Assembly (NCBI RefSeq): GCF_902713615.1
Contig: NC_052164.1
Span: 372,001-436,000 of the forward strand
Direction of reading: 5' to 3'
DNA length: 64,000 bases
Source: Scyliorhinus canicula
Taxonomy: Eukaryota
The position numbers and the translations under genes were made by a program. Of the stretch, positions 24,131 through 37,658 are shown piece after piece; positions within the stretch are counted from its first letter, which is position 1; each line of letters begins with the position of its first letter. A model generated the notes under the pieces. It was not told the origin of the DNA. It made no database searches and saw nothing but the letters and a program-made list of their open reading frames with translations.

Positions 24131-24490
24131 ATTATAATTAACAACAAAAGGAGACAAATGATAGCAGCAACTTTTCTTTTACAGTAGTCACATAGCTATT
24201 TTCTGAAATTAGTAGCAAATACTAAAGAGCTTAGCGGAAGAGTGGCTAACGATGGTATAAGGAATTGTCTCCATCTACAGGAGCAATATGGAACAACTCT
24301 GAACACTTAGATTTCAACAAGATATGTTGATATTTCAATATGTGATTGGGAATAGTTTTAACTATCTTTAATTCAAATATGCTGAATCAAATTTATTACT
24401 GAAGATACACCACATGATATTTGTATTTGAGCAACATGGTCCTTCCTCCAGGCCAGAGTTCATTCAAACCAATTAGTTCAAGTGTATGAT

Positions 24491-24803
24491 GGGCAGCACA
24501 AGTGGACAGCACTGTGGCTTCACAGCGCCAGGGTCCCAGGTTCGATTCCCCGCTGGGTCACTGTCTGTGCGGAGTCTGCACGTTCTCCCAGTGTCTGCGT
24601 GGGTTTCCTTCGAGTGCTCCGGTTTCCTCCCACAGTCCAAAGACATGCAGTTAGGTGAATTGGCCATGATAAAATTGCCCTTCGTGGCCAAAAAGGTCAG
24701 GTGGGGTTATTGGGTTACGGGGATTGGGTGGAAGTGAGGGCTTAAGTGTGTCGGTGCAGACTCGATGGGCCAAATGGCCTCTTTCTGCACTGTATGTTCT
24801 ATG
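24491..24803 (+). mobile_element. HE1-like SINE (tRNA head, CR1-derived tail)
   Basis: tRNA head plus 3' end GACTCGATGGGCCAAATGGCCT...TGTATGTTCTATG resembling the CR1 tails in this window. Confidence 0.85.
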
Positions 24804-24900
24804 AAGTTGGACATGATTTCTGTAAGTAAAGCAAGTTCCTTAACTTTTTTAATATACAGCATAAGAAAAGCCATTACACTAGGGTTCTGTGTGTCATACT

Positions 24901-25084
24901 TGAAATGAAATGAAAATCGCTTATTGTCACAAGTAGGCCTCAAATGAAGTTACTGTGAAAAGCCCCTAGTCACCACATTCCGGCGCCTGTCCGGGGAGGC
25001 TGGTACGGGAATCGAACCGTGCTGCTGGCCTGCTTGGTCTGCTTTAAAAGCCAGCTATTTAGCCCAGTGAGCTAAACCAGCCCC
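24901..25084 (-). mobile_element. Short tRNA-derived SINE
   Basis: Close match to 7833-8023. Confidence 0.85.
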
Positions 25085-25205
25085 TAAACTTAATCCCAAT
25101 CTACATTGTTTTTTATAAAATGCACCCGAGGTTCAGTCAGATAGGAATTAAAAGCATGCAATAAAGGTTAAATATACTCATTGTAAAGATCCCCCTATTA
25201 CTCAC

Positions 25206-25343
25206 ACTGCCGTTCCCGTTGTTTTGTCAACATGTATCCCTTCATGCTGAAATCCAGCCGCTTAAGCACGGGTTCAATTCTGTCATAAATCTTTAGGCTC
25301 ACCTGGTGATAAATAGCCAAGGGCCAGAGCAGTACTCCAATCA
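25206..25343 (-). CDS. RETREG3: RETREG3 exon 6 (138 nt)
   Basis: IGVLLWPLAIYHQVSLKIYDRIEPVLKRLDFSMKGYMLTKQRERQ; acceptor ccgcag, donor GTGAGT; phases 1/1. Confidence 0.94.
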
Positions 25344-25989
25344 CTGCGGGGAAAAGAAATAATTGGTGAAAAATATGAGTGACAAAGCACAGCAGGAAGA
25401 CTCTGTAGAGTAAGCCAGGTTATCTGGGCACCACCAGGTGCTCTTTGTGGATTCAGTAAGAGACAAGTGCAAGGCTGCAGCTGGGCAGTGTGTGAGAGTC
25501 GGTACTTTTAAATTCCACTGTCCTGGTATCTATCAGGGCAAACAAAAATTTTCATAAAAATGCCGAGAAACTCTTGCTGCTTTTATAGCATTACAACCAT
25601 ACAGGGGAAATAATTTCACAGGTAAGATGTACAATGTATTGGGACAGAGCTAGAGAGCCACCTACACAATGAGTTAGCTAATTAACTGTTGTAATTGGCA
25701 CATGCTGCCCCATTATATTTCAATCCTGACCCAGGTCACTATAAACATTAATCTTTAAGTTAAGATTCAATTATAAAAGACCCACAGCACAAACCTCAGA
25801 ACATTGTATTCTATTATATTGCACCTTGTAGATGAAGCCGAGTTCCTTCACTCCTGGAATGTGGTCAATCCTGCCATTAGGTATGTGACGGAGGTCAGGG
25901 ACATCTTCAGTGTGAATATTGGGGCGGAACCAATAACTACATCAACTGTGGCTCAGTTAGTGGCCTTCCCACATCCATCAAAATGCGGT

Positions 25990-26372
25990 GGGCTGGGCCG
26001 AGGGCACACCCGGCTGGGCCGAGGGCACACCCGGCTGGGCCGAGGGAGCGGCGGGCTGGGCCGAGGGCACACCCGGCTGGGCCGAGGGAGCGGCGGGCTG
26101 GGCCGAGGGAGCGGCCGGCTGGGCCGAGGGCACACCCGGCTGGGCCGAGGGCACACCCGGCTGGGCCGAGGGAGCGGCGGGCTGGGCCGAGGGAGCCGCC
26201 GGCTGGGCCGAGGGAGCCGCCGGCTGGGCCGAGGGAGCGGCGGGCTGGGCCGAGGGAGCGCTGGGCTGGGCCCGAGGGAGCGCTGGGCTGGGCCTACGGG
26301 AGCTGCGGGCTGGGCCGAGGGAGCCGCCGGGCTGGGCCGAGGCGGGCTGGGCCGAGGGAGCGCCCGGCTGGG
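25990..26372. repeat. 21-bp GC-rich minisatellite
   Basis: Variants GGCTGGGCCGAGGG-CACACCC, -AGCGGCG and -AGCCGCC. Confidence 0.93.
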
Positions 26373-26441
26373 CGAGTGCTCTCTTTGCAACGAGATGATA
26401 AACCGAGGCCCCATCTGCCCTATCAGGTGGACTTCAAAGAT

Positions 26442-26743
26442 CCAGAAGGAGGCCATTTGGCCCATCGAGTCTGCACCGACCCACTTAAGCCCTCACGTAC
26501 ACCCATCCCCGTAACCCAATAACCCCTCCTAACCTTTTTGATCACTAAGGGTAATTTATCATGGCCAATCCACCTAACCTGTACATTTTGGACTGTGGGA
26601 GGAAACCGGAGCACCCGGAGGAAACCCACGCAGACATGGGGAGAACGTGCAGACTCCGCACAGACAGTGACCCAGCACGGAATCGAACCTGGGACCCTGG
26701 CGCTGTGAAGCCATAGTGCTATCCACTTGTGCTACCGTGCTGC
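26442..26743 (-). mobile_element. HE1-like SINE
   Basis: Reverse-complement copy of 24491-24803. Confidence 0.85.
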
Positions 26744-26869
26744 GCTTGTTGTGTTTACATAGTAGACACAAGAATAATCAACAGGGAATATTAACAAATG
26801 GTACATTGACAAAATGGTGATTGGTTACAGTGTGGAACAAGGGGCCAAACTAAGCAAACACGAGCAAGA

Positions 26870-28597
26870 GCAGCATCTGTTGATGGTGGGATTGTTTAGC
26901 TCTGTCTACTGCACGCCATTTCTGCTGTTGGCATACAGGTAGTATTGTAGCTTAACCAGGTTAACATCATTTTTAGGTATTCCTGGTGCTGCTCCTGGCA
27001 TGCCCTCCTGGACTCTTCAATGAACAAGGGTTGATCCTCAGCCTGAAAGTAATGGTAGAGTAGGGTATGCCGGGCCATTAAATTAAAAAACCCGATCACA
27101 TACAATTCTACTGCTGCTGGTGGTCTACAGCGCCTCATGGACGCCCAGTTTTTGTTTGCTCGATTTGTTCAAAATCTATCCCATGTAGCAGGGTGGTAGT
27201 GCCATACTACATGGTGCAGGGTATCCTCAATACGAAGATGAGGCTTCATCTCCACCAGGCCTGTGTGGTGTTCACTCCACCAATATGGTCATGGGCAGAT
27301 GCATTTGCAACAGGTAGATTGGTGAGGATGAGGTCAAGTAGGTTGTTCCCTCTTATTGGTTCTCCCATCACCTGCCACAGATCCAGTCCAGCAGCTATGT
27401 CCTTTAGAATTGAGCCTGCATCAATGGTGGTGCTACCGAGCCACTATCAGTGAAGGACATTGAAGTCTACCACTCAAGAGTACATTCTATGCTTTTGTCA
27501 TCCTCAGGTGTTTCTTTCAGTTGGTGTTCAACATGGTGGAATAGGGATTCATCAGTTGCAGGGGAGAATGGGGGGAGCAGTGGTGGTAGGTCATAATTAG
27601 CAGGAGGTTTCCATGATCCAAACCGCTAAATCACCTTCAATTCCATACTTCCTTATTTTCTGCAATAGCCTACCGTGGGGAACCTTATCAAACGCCTTAC
27701 TGAAATCCATATACACCACATCAACAGCTTTACCCTGATCCACCTGTTTGGTCACTTTCTCAAAAAACTCAATAAAGGTTTGTGAGACATGACCTACTCT
27801 TCACAAAACCGTGTTGAGTATCGCTAATCAACTTGTTCTTTTCAAGATGATTATAAACCCTATCTCTTATAACCTTTTCCAACATTTTACCCACAACCGA
27901 AGTAAGGCTCACAGGTCTAAAAATACCAGGGTTGTCTCTACTCCCCCTTCTTGAACAAGGGGACAACATTTGCTATCCTCCAGTCTTCCGGCACTATTCC
28001 TGTCGACAAAGACGACATAAATATCAAGGACCAAGGCTCTGCAATCTCCTCCCTGGCTTCCCAGAGAATCCTAGGATAAATCCCATCTGGCCCAGGGGAC
28101 TTATCTATTATACATTTTCTAAAATTGCTAACACCTCCTCCTTTTGAACCTCAATTCCATCTAGCCTGGTCGACTGAACCCGAGTGTTCTCCTCGACAAC
28201 ATTGTCTTTCTCCAGTGTAAACACTGACGAAAAATATCCATTTAATGCTTCCCCTATCTCCTCTGATTCCACACACAACTTTCCACTACTATTCTTGATT
28301 GGCCCTAATCTTACTCTAGTCATTCTTTTGTTCCTGATATACCTATAGAAAGCCTTAGGGTTTTCCTTGATCCTATCCGTCAATGACTTTTCGTGTCCTC
28401 TCCTCGCTCTTCTTAACTCTCCCTTTAGGTCCTTCCTGGCTAACTTGTAACTCTCAAGTGCCCTAACTGAGCCTTCATGTCTCATCCTAACATAAGCCTT
28501 CTTCTTCCTCTTGACAAGTGCTTCAACTTCCTTAGTAAACCACGGTTCCCTTGCTCGACAACTTCCTCCCTGCCTGACAGGTACATACTTATCAAGG
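26870..28597 (-). mobile_element. CR1 LINE fragments (two families)
   Basis: RPVSLTSVVGKMLE...QHGF and IKENPKAFYRYIRNKR; an older degraded endonuclease-like piece lies at 26870-27610. Confidence 0.8.
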
Positions 28598-30831
28598 ACT
28601 AATCTATTCCCTTCATAATTTTATATGTTTCTATAAGATCCCACCTCATTCTTCTAAATTCCAACGAGTACAGTCCCAGTCTACTCAACCTCTCCTCGTA
28701 ATCCAACCCCATCAGCTCTGGGATTAACCTAGTGAACCTCCTCTGCACACCCTCCAGTGCCAGTATGTCCTTTCTCAGGTAAGGAGACCAAAACTAAACA
28801 CAATACTCCAGGTGTGGCCTCACTAACACCTTATACAATTGCAGCATAACCTCCCTAGTCTTAAACTCCATCCCTCTAGCAATGAAGGACAAAATTCCAT
28901 TTGCCTTCTTAATCAACCTCTAAACCAACTTTCTGTGACTCATGCACTAGCACACCCAGGTCTCTCTGCACAGGAGCATGGTTTAATATTTTATCGTTTA
29001 AATAATAATCCCATTTGCTGTTATTCCTACTAAAATGGATAACCTCACATTTGTCAACATTGTATTCCATCTGCCAGACCCCCTAGCCCATTCACTTAAC
29101 CTATCCAAATCCCTCTGCAGACTTCCAGTATCCTCTGTACTTTTCGCTTTACCACTCATCTTAGTGTCATCTGCAAACTTGGACACATTGCCCTTGTCCC
29201 CAACTCCAAATCATCTGTATAAATTGTGAACAATTGTGGGCCCAACACGGATCCCTGAGGGACACCTCTAGCTACTGATTGCCAACCAGAGAAACACCCA
29301 TTAATCCCCACTCTTTGCTTTCTATTAATTAACCAATCCTCTATCCATGCTACTACTTTACCCTGAATGCCATGCATCTTTATCTTATGCAGCAACCTTT
29401 TGTGTGGCACCTTGTCAAAGGCTTTCTGTAAATCCAGATATACCGCATCCATTGACTCCACGTTGTCTACCGCACTGGTAATGTCCTCAAAAATTCCACC
29501 AAATTAGTTAGGCACGACCTGCCCTTTATGAACTCATGCTGCATCTGCCCAATGGGACAATTTCTATCCAGATGCCTCGCTATTTCTTCCTTGATGATAG
29601 ATTCCAGCATCTTCCCTACTACTGAAGTTAAGCTCACTGACCTATAATTTCCCGCTCTCTGCCTACCTCCTTTTTTAAACAATGGTGTCACGTTTGCTAA
29701 TTTCCAATCCACCGGGACCACCCCAGAGTCTAGTGAATTTTGGTAAATCATCACTAGTGCATCTGCAATTTCCCTAGCCATCTCTTTTAGCACTCTGGGG
29801 TGCATTCCATCAGGGCCAGGAGACTTGTCTACCTTTAGCCCCATTAGCTTGCCCATCACTACCTCCTTAGTGATAACAATCCTCTCAAGGTCCTCACCTG
29901 TCATAGCCTCATTTCTATCAGTCACTGGCATGTTATTTGTGTTTTCCACTGTGAAGACCGACCCAAAAAACCTGTTCAGTTCCTCAGCCATTTCCTCATC
30001 TCCCATTATTAAAACTCCCTTCTCATCCTCTAAAGGACCAATATTTACCTTAGCCACTCTTTTTTGTTTTATATATTTGTAAAAACTTTTACTGTCTGTT
30101 TTTATATTCTGAGCAAGTTTACTCTCATACTCTATCTTACTCTTCTTTATAGCGTTTTTAGTAGCTTTCTGTTGCCCCCTAAAGATTTCCCAGTCCTCTA
30201 GTCTCCCACCAATCTTTGCCACTTTGTATGCTTTTTCCTTCAATTTGATACTCTCCCTTATTTCCTTAGATATCCATGGTCGACTTTCCCTCTTTCTACC
30301 GTTCTTCCTTTTTGTTGGTATAAACCTTTGCTGAGCACTGTGAAAAATTGCTTGGAAGGTTCTCCACTGTTCCTCAACTGTTCCACCATAAAGTCTTTGC
30401 TCCCAGTCTACCTTAGCTAGTTCTTCTCTCATCCCATTGTAATCTCCTTTGTTTAAACACAAAACACTAGTATTTGATTTTACCTTCTCACCCTCCATCT
30501 GTATTTTAAATTCCACCATATTGTGATCGCTCCTTCCGAGAGGATCCCTAACTATGAGATCGTGAATCAACCCTGTCTCTGTACACAGGACAAGATCTAG
30601 GACCGCTTGTTCCCTCGCAGGTTCCATTACATACTGTTCTAGGAAACTATCGCGGATACATTCTATAAACTCCTCCTCAAGGTTGGCTTGACCGACCTGG
30701 TTAAACCAATCGACATGTAGATAAAAATTCCCTATGATAACTGCTGTACCATTTCTACATGCATCAGTTATTTATTTGTTTATTGCCTGCCCCACCATAA
30801 CGTTACTATTTGGTGGCCGATAGACTACTCC
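28598..30831 (-). mobile_element. Young CR1 LINE ORF2 fragment, same family as 4988-7772
   Basis: ORF 29467-30627 is nearly identical in protein to ORFs 5049 and 5966. Confidence 0.95.
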
Positions 30832-31454
30832 TCATGGAGGTATTGAATTAAGGAGATGTTTAACCATGGAGAAAAATTATCTTGGAGCAGGTGCACAGAC
30901 CCTCTGATGCAATGGGTAAATATGGCTCCCATTTTTAATTTAAGTCCTCTCAAGCAAAATCAGTTTCTACTGACTTCATAATAATCCTATCAGACTCCAT
31001 GGCAAATCACTCCTATTCCAATCATAGGCCACATTATGCCCACAGGACTTGTGAAGTGACAAAAGAAGCCACCTAAGCCAGACCGTGTACAGGTAACTTG
31101 CACAATACACATGACTGAAGAGCAAAGAAGTTATCCCTGGTGTCCTATTCAATATTTATTCCCCAACGAACATCGCAAGAAACAGATTATCTGGTTATTA
31201 CAGCAGTGACTTTATATTTGTTTCACTGTAAAGCACTTTATCCAGTAGTCATAAAGAGCACAACATAAATACTATCTGTTTTTCTATCCGTTCATAGCAA
31301 CTCAATGATCCCATCCTGCTCCTGAATCTGTTACCAGACATATTGCTCACATCCTGTCATTGCCACACATGCTGTTGCTGTCCACTGACAAGTAGTCTGT
31401 GACACCAAGCAGGTGCATCGAAAATGATCAATACACTTGGGCTGAAGACACAAG

Positions 31455-32590
31455 ATTTGATTTGATTCAGATTTGTCACGTGTATCGGGGTACATTGAAA
31501 AGTATTGCTCTGCATACAGTCCAGGCAGATCATTCCATATATGAAAAACATAGGACAAATGAGATACACACAATATAAATACATAGACACACACCTCAGG
31601 TGAAGCATACGGAGTTTAGCGCTACACAGTAGACAAGATGCGTCACGAGATCAGTTCAGTCCATAAGCAGGTCATTCAGCAGTCTGGTAACAGCGGGGAA
31701 GGAGTTCTTTTTCAATCTGTTAGTGCCTGTTCTTAGACTTTTGTAACTTCTGCCTGATAGAAGTGGTTGGATGAGAGAATAATCCAGGTGGGAGGGTCTA
31801 TGATTATGCTGCCCACTTTCCCAAGGCAGTGGGAAGGGTAGACAGAGTCAATGGATGGGAGGCAGGTTTGCGTGATGGACTGGGCTGTGTTTACAACTCT
31901 CTGAAGTGTCTTACGGTCTTGGGCCAAGCAGTTGCCATACCAGGCTGTGATGCAGTCAGGCAGGATGCTTTCTATGGTGCATCTGTAAAAATTGGTACGG
32001 GTCCACGTGGACATGCTGAATTTCCTTCCTGAAAAACTATAAGTATTGTTGTGCTTTCTTGGTCATAGCGTTGGCGTGGGTGGACCAGGACAGATTGTTG
32101 GAGATGTGCACCCCTAGGAATTTGAAGCGGTCAACCATCACCACCTTGGCCCCGTTGATGCAGACAGGGATGTGTACGATACTTTGCTTCCTGAAGTCAA
32201 TGACCAGCTCTTTAGTTTTTCTGACATTGAGGGAGAGATTGTTGTTATTACACCACTCCACTAGGTTCTCTATCTTCCTCCTGTACTCTGATTCATCGTT
32301 GTTTGAGATCCAACCCACTATGGTCGTGTCATCAACAAACTTGTAGATGGGAATTGGAGCAAAGTTCCACCACGCAGTTGTGTGTACAGGGAGTATAGTA
32401 GGAAACGAAGTACGCAGCCTTGCTGGGCCCTGGTATTCAGGACTATCGTGGAGGAGGTGTTGTTGTTTATCCTTACTGATGGGTCAGGAAGTCGAGGATC
32501 CAGTTGCAGAGGGAGGAGCCAAGTCCTAGGTTTTGGAGTTTGGATATGAGCTTGGCTAGGATTAGGTGTTGAAGGCGGAGCTGTAGGGAA
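31455..32590 (-). mobile_element. Rex1/Babar-clade LINE 3' part
   Basis: NNLSLNVRKTKELVIDFRK and FYRCTIESIL...AWYGNC...LQRVV; (CAAAT)n-like tail. Confidence 0.8.
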
Positions 32591-32906
32591 TGAACCGAGT
32601 GCGATGTAGGAGTGACGAACTGTAGCTGTGAAAAATGATTTGCGATTGTTTTTTGAGGGGGGTTTGGGGGGAATGGGTGTTTGTGGATAATTGTACATGC
32701 AGAAGAAGTGTGCATCATGGTGGATACAATAGAGCTTGTGAAAGAGCTGCTGTATTTCAGCTGCTTAATCAGAACTTTGCTTTTCAACATCACTACAGAT
32801 CATTGCATGCAGACCAACAGTGAGAAGTACAGAGGGCAAGTGAAAATAACTCACTTTATACAGAATGAACTTATCTAGAAGTCAAATATATTAAAACTGC
32901 ACTTAC

Positions 32907-32991
32907 AACTGACGTAGCAAAGGAGGAGACCAGGAATGTAGCGTCCAATTACAGCCAGGAATGTGAACACACCGCAAACTAAAAGGCAAAA
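32907..32991 (-). CDS. RETREG3: RETREG3 exon 5 (85 nt, reticulon-homology hairpin)
   Basis: FCLLVCGVFTFLAVIGRYIPGLLLCYVS; acceptor gttcag, donor GTAAGT; phases 0/1. Confidence 0.94.
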
Positions 32992-33903
32992 CTGAACAAA
33001 ACAATCCGGATACAATTAATTCACAACTTCCATACAGAACTACTTCCCATAATGATTCCCACATCACTAATGGCATTAAAGGATTAACTGGGAGATATGC
33101 TAAAAGCTTCAGGTACTACAGGTTTGGGAGATCTTGAAGATTTAAATTTTATCAGACCACTTACTGTCACTTTAAAGCAATCTCATCCACATGTCTCCTA
33201 GCAATACATCGCCCTCACCATCCTCATCCAACCTCTCCTACCCTCATTCACTCACTCAGTTCTATCCACCTCCATCCTCTCCTACTCACCTAGATCTTCA
33301 AATATCCCCCCTTGCCTTCAACCATTGCAATCCCCCACCAGCCCCAATATTTTCACCCATCCATCCCATGCCTCTCAACCATCTTCCCATCCTCATCCCC
33401 CACTCGCCTTGTCCATTCCTCGCAGTCACCACATGTCCTGGTGACCGCTGCAGACAGGTAACTAATTGTATCAGAGCCACTGACCAGATGTTTAAGAATA
33501 AATGCTGCCTGTTTAAAGGCAATGTTGAAGTCATCTTTGGAGGGATTACAATTCAGCCAATTTGAGAATTCTTGGTCATAGCGTTGGTGTGGTAGACCAG
33601 GACAGATTGTTGGAGATGTGCGCCCCTAGGAATTTGAAGCGGTCAACCATCACCACCTTGGCCCCGTTGATGCACTCAGTTCTTCTAAATGCTTTCATGG
33701 AGAATGCAGAATGACTTGTGTAAAAAATCTTACAATCTTGGCTCTCATGGAAGGCTATAGGGCCAACAGATCCCAAACACAATGGCGCATTCTTTCAACA
33801 AAAATGCAGAATCACTTGCATGTTGGGAACAAATCTAATAAGTGCTTTAAAATCAGGACCCTGAACTTCTCTGAAATTACAATGTGTTCAATAAAGCTCT
33901 TAC

Positions 33904-34030
33904 CTTGCCGGGATTCTGCTTTTTAAAATGGTACAAGTTTTTCAAGAACCTCTCTCCACTGAGTGAGAGCTCTGCCATTCTGTGACAAAGTTCAGGAACA
34001 CTGAGCAGTTTTGGATGAACAAGGCCCCAG
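33904..34030 (-). CDS. RETREG3: RETREG3 exon 4 (127 nt)
   Basis: WGLVHPKLLSVPELCHRMAELSLSGERFLKNLYHFKKQNPGK; acceptor gtgcag, donor GTAAGA; phases 2/0. Confidence 0.95.
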
Positions 34031-34153
34031 CTGCACGAGAAGAAAGGACCAAAGCAAATGTCAGGATGTCAACAAAGCAGATGCTCATCTACAAACACAA
34101 TCTAAAATGAGATGTAGCAAGGATGAGTTGTAACTATCATCACAGGTACAACT

Positions 34154-34386
34154 GGGCAGCACGGTGGCACAGTGGTTAGCATTGCTGCCTACGGCGCTGA
34201 GGACCCGGGTTCGAATCCCGGCCCTGGGTCACTGTCCGTGAGGAGTTTGCACATTCTCCCCGTGTCTGCGTGGGTTTCGCCCCCACAACCCAAAGATGTG
34301 CAGGGTAGGCGGATTGGCGACGCTAAATTGCCCCTTAATTGGAAAAAATAATTGGGTACTCTAAATTTATTAAAAAAAAAAAAAAA
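34154..34386 (+). mobile_element. tRNA-derived SINE with poly(A) tail and TSD
   Basis: Intact A/B boxes and poly(A); direct repeat TCACAGGTACAACT at 34140-34153 and 34387-34400. Confidence 0.92.
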
Positions 34387-35679
34387 TCACAGGTACAACT
34401 AATACATTGTCAGGGTAAAGACGGTCCACATACACCGTGTGCTCCAGATATAACGGCAGGAATTCTTCCTGATCCAGGGCCCATTTTGAGAAATGGGGAC
34501 CATTTTGGGGATGATCTGCAGATCATTGTGCGTGAATCAGAATGTTTTGAGAATTGGCACAATCAATTGGTGGCTTATTCTGTATACCCAAAGCCATGGA
34601 TTAGGACGATTTCCTCAACTCACACCCCCCCCCCCCCTCCTCCTCCTCCTCCACCAGACGATTCTTAATAAGTGTCACTTCGCTACAATGCTTATAAAAC
34701 TAAATATTTTGGAATATTGCGGTTATGAGTGTACCTCAGTCACTAGGTATTTCAGGGCCATAATATTAACCATAGCTTTCCAGCAATTACTTCCTTACCA
34801 TCCAATCCTGTTCCACTCACTGCAATATTACACTTGATCACATCAGCACAACGGGTAGCCAAATATTCAAAAATGTCCTTTAAATGTGTTAAAATTGAGG
34901 TTGTGTCAATTACTCATTTATACAGAGCCTTTAACACAGCAAAAGTCCCAAGAATCAAACACTGATTGCAGAGATTCATTACAGTTCAAAATATTTTAAT
35001 ATGAAACAGAAAACTGCAATCAAAAACCTGTCAGCATGGAGAATGTCAATAGGCTACATGATAAGATGGGCAGAGTTGGCAATGGCTCTTTCGCAATTTG
35101 CTCAACGATGAGTGACCATAGATCTTTAGAGTCACAGAGCCACTCATGGCCACAGGAGGCAGTCATTCAGCCCATCAAGTCTATTCCAGCACTCCATGAA
35201 GCAATCTAGTCAGTCCCATTCCACCACTCTATGTCCGTAGCCCTGTAGGTTTCAGTACCATCTAATTTCCTCTTGAAATAATTTATTGTCTCTGCTTCCA
35301 TTATCCTCTTGGTCAAGTTCCAGACCATTACTATTCACAGTATAATTAGTGCATTGCTTAAGTTAGGAAATATAGCTCAGATAATTTTCATGTGTGTGTT
35401 AGCAATAAGGTTAAAGCTTACTTTGTGTTTGTATATTTATGGTAAGGGTTAAAACTTCAGGAAGCTTCATGATAAAATTTAAGTGCTGCATGTCTATAGG
35501 TTTTAGTTTCATTTTAAACTTTACCTGCATTGTAATTAAGGGTTTACGGCGTAAAAGTAATTACAGGCTTAAAAAAAACCCAATGTCTTAGCAAACAGAG
35601 GCCCACACTGAAAAGTACAAGTTTTTGAGTTGAGTTGGAACCAGGAAACGGAGAAGAAAGCAGCTCTTGCATAAACTAA

Positions 35680-35970
35680 CATAATAAGAACATAAGAACC
35701 AGGAGTAGGCCATCTGGCCCCTCGAGCCTGCTCCGCCATTCAATGAGATCATGGCTGATCTTTTGTGGACTCAGCTCCAATTTTCAGACCAAACACCATA
35801 ACCCTTAATCCCTTTATTCTTCAAAAAACAATCTATCTTTATCATGAAAACATTTTATGAAGGAGCCTCAACTGCTTCACTGGGCAAGAAATTCCATAGA
35901 TTCACAACCATTTGGGTGAAGAAGTTCCTCCTGAGCTCAGTCCTAAATCTACTTCTCCTTATTTTGAGGC
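35680..35970 (-). mobile_element. CR1 3' end (same family as 4988-7772)
   Basis: SLKIRRSRFRTELRRNFFTQ followed by the CR1 tail. Confidence 0.85.
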
Positions 35971-37419
35971 TAATAGTATAGGCATGCATAAAACAGGTTC
36001 CAGAAGCTAAAGAACAATCATGAATCAGCGAATGAGCGTTCCAAGAAATTAAAAGGAATAAAGAACAGAAATCGGGACTCTGTTCATCCACATTTCTAAA
36101 CAAAAAATAAAAGTTACGATCTGTCGAGCCGGGTTCCATTCTGGGACCAGATTGTCCGGTAACATCAGCTAGGATCACAACACCTAAAACTCAGCTTTTT
36201 GCTTTTCAATAAAAATAAAACTTTTAAGAGAAAAATACAAGCTCCTTCAAATCTGGCAACAGCAAACACCCTGGAATGAGTGGTAGAGAAAACATGCAGA
36301 ATGTTGTGGATTTATACACAGCAGTGTTTACAATCAATGTACAAAATTTCACAGTATTATATACACAATTATTGCAAATGAGCCAGCTCCAAAACACTCC
36401 CCAGCTGTAATTCACTCCTGGCACAAATACGACCCTATGACTGACCACCATCAAGCCACTACAGGGTGGTCCCGATTGCAAGAGAAGCACCCAACGGCCG
36501 CTACCAGCTTTTAAATTGAGATGGTGGCCGGCCACTATGGCCTTGTTCATGTGAATTATACAGTTATGCAGTCTTCCGGTCATAAGTGGCAGCAGTGAGC
36601 AGGTCACACGCCCTGCAAGTACGCTTGACTTCAGGCGGCTTACATGGACACGCTTTAGGCGCGAAGTCACGGAGGAGAGCGACTTCCATTTTCTAGCTGC
36701 TAGCAAGCAAGGCAAAAGGTCTATGGAGATGGATCATTTTGTTATACGGAACAGACAGCGTATCTGCAGGCCATGATCTCACAACTGAATCTGCTGGAGA
36801 GCTGCTCAGGAGAAGCCAGGCAGGACACAGTAGTGCTAGTGTTAGCTCTATACAGAGCTCCAGGGACTGTACTGAACAGCCCAAACAAAGAAAAAACTTA
36901 ACTTGGGAACTAAGCAGTATAAAGATGATTTCATGAGGTATGGCTTTGTTAATTGCACCAATTCAAATCAGGATGCAAAGCCCATGTGTTATATACAGGG
37001 AAGTACTTGCAAATGAGAGTTTAAAACCCTCAAAACTTCAAAGGCATTTGAAGACTAAACACAGCGAGTTGGAGGACAAACATTTTGATTTTTTTTGCAA
37101 CGGATGCAGCGAGAAGTGAAACCATCAGCTGAAGTCCAGAGCAGTAACGCAACATTGAATGACAAAGCAGAGATAGCCTCTTACATGGTAGATTACTGTG
37201 TAGCTAAAGAGAAAATACCCCACACTGCAGCAGTGAGATGAACTCACCCTACAGCATGAAGTGATCCCACTTAGTGATAACACAGTGGCTCACCGAATTT
37301 GTACTATTGTTTCCAATTTAGAAGTCCAGCTTATTTCTTATTTCAAGTCAGCACGGGAGTTCTAAATACAACTGGAAGAAGTACAGATGTTTCAGATTGT
37401 GCAACCATGCTAAAAAAAA

Positions 37420-37658
37420 TTTTTAAACTCTTTTTAAAAATAATTTTAGAGTACCCAATTCATTTTTTCCAATTAAAGGATATTTAGCGTGCCCAATCCA
37501 CCTACCCTGCACATCTTTGGGTTGTGGGAGTGAAATCCCCGCAGACACAGGGAGAACGTGCAAGCTCCACATGGACAGTGACCCAGAGCCAGGATCGAAC
37601 TTTGGGACCTTGGCGCCGTGAGGCAGCAGTGCTGACCACTACAACACCGTGATGCCCT
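37420..37658 (-). mobile_element. tRNA-derived SINE nested in the hAT element
   Basis: Same family as 34154-34386. Confidence 0.85.

Noticed and set aside
25804-26522. 236-aa ORF and overlapping ORFs
   Set aside because: They run through a 21-bp satellite into a SINE and show no recognisable domain.
34154-34230. tRNA genes at SINE heads
   Set aside because: The A/B boxes continue into SINE bodies and tails repeated many times in the window.
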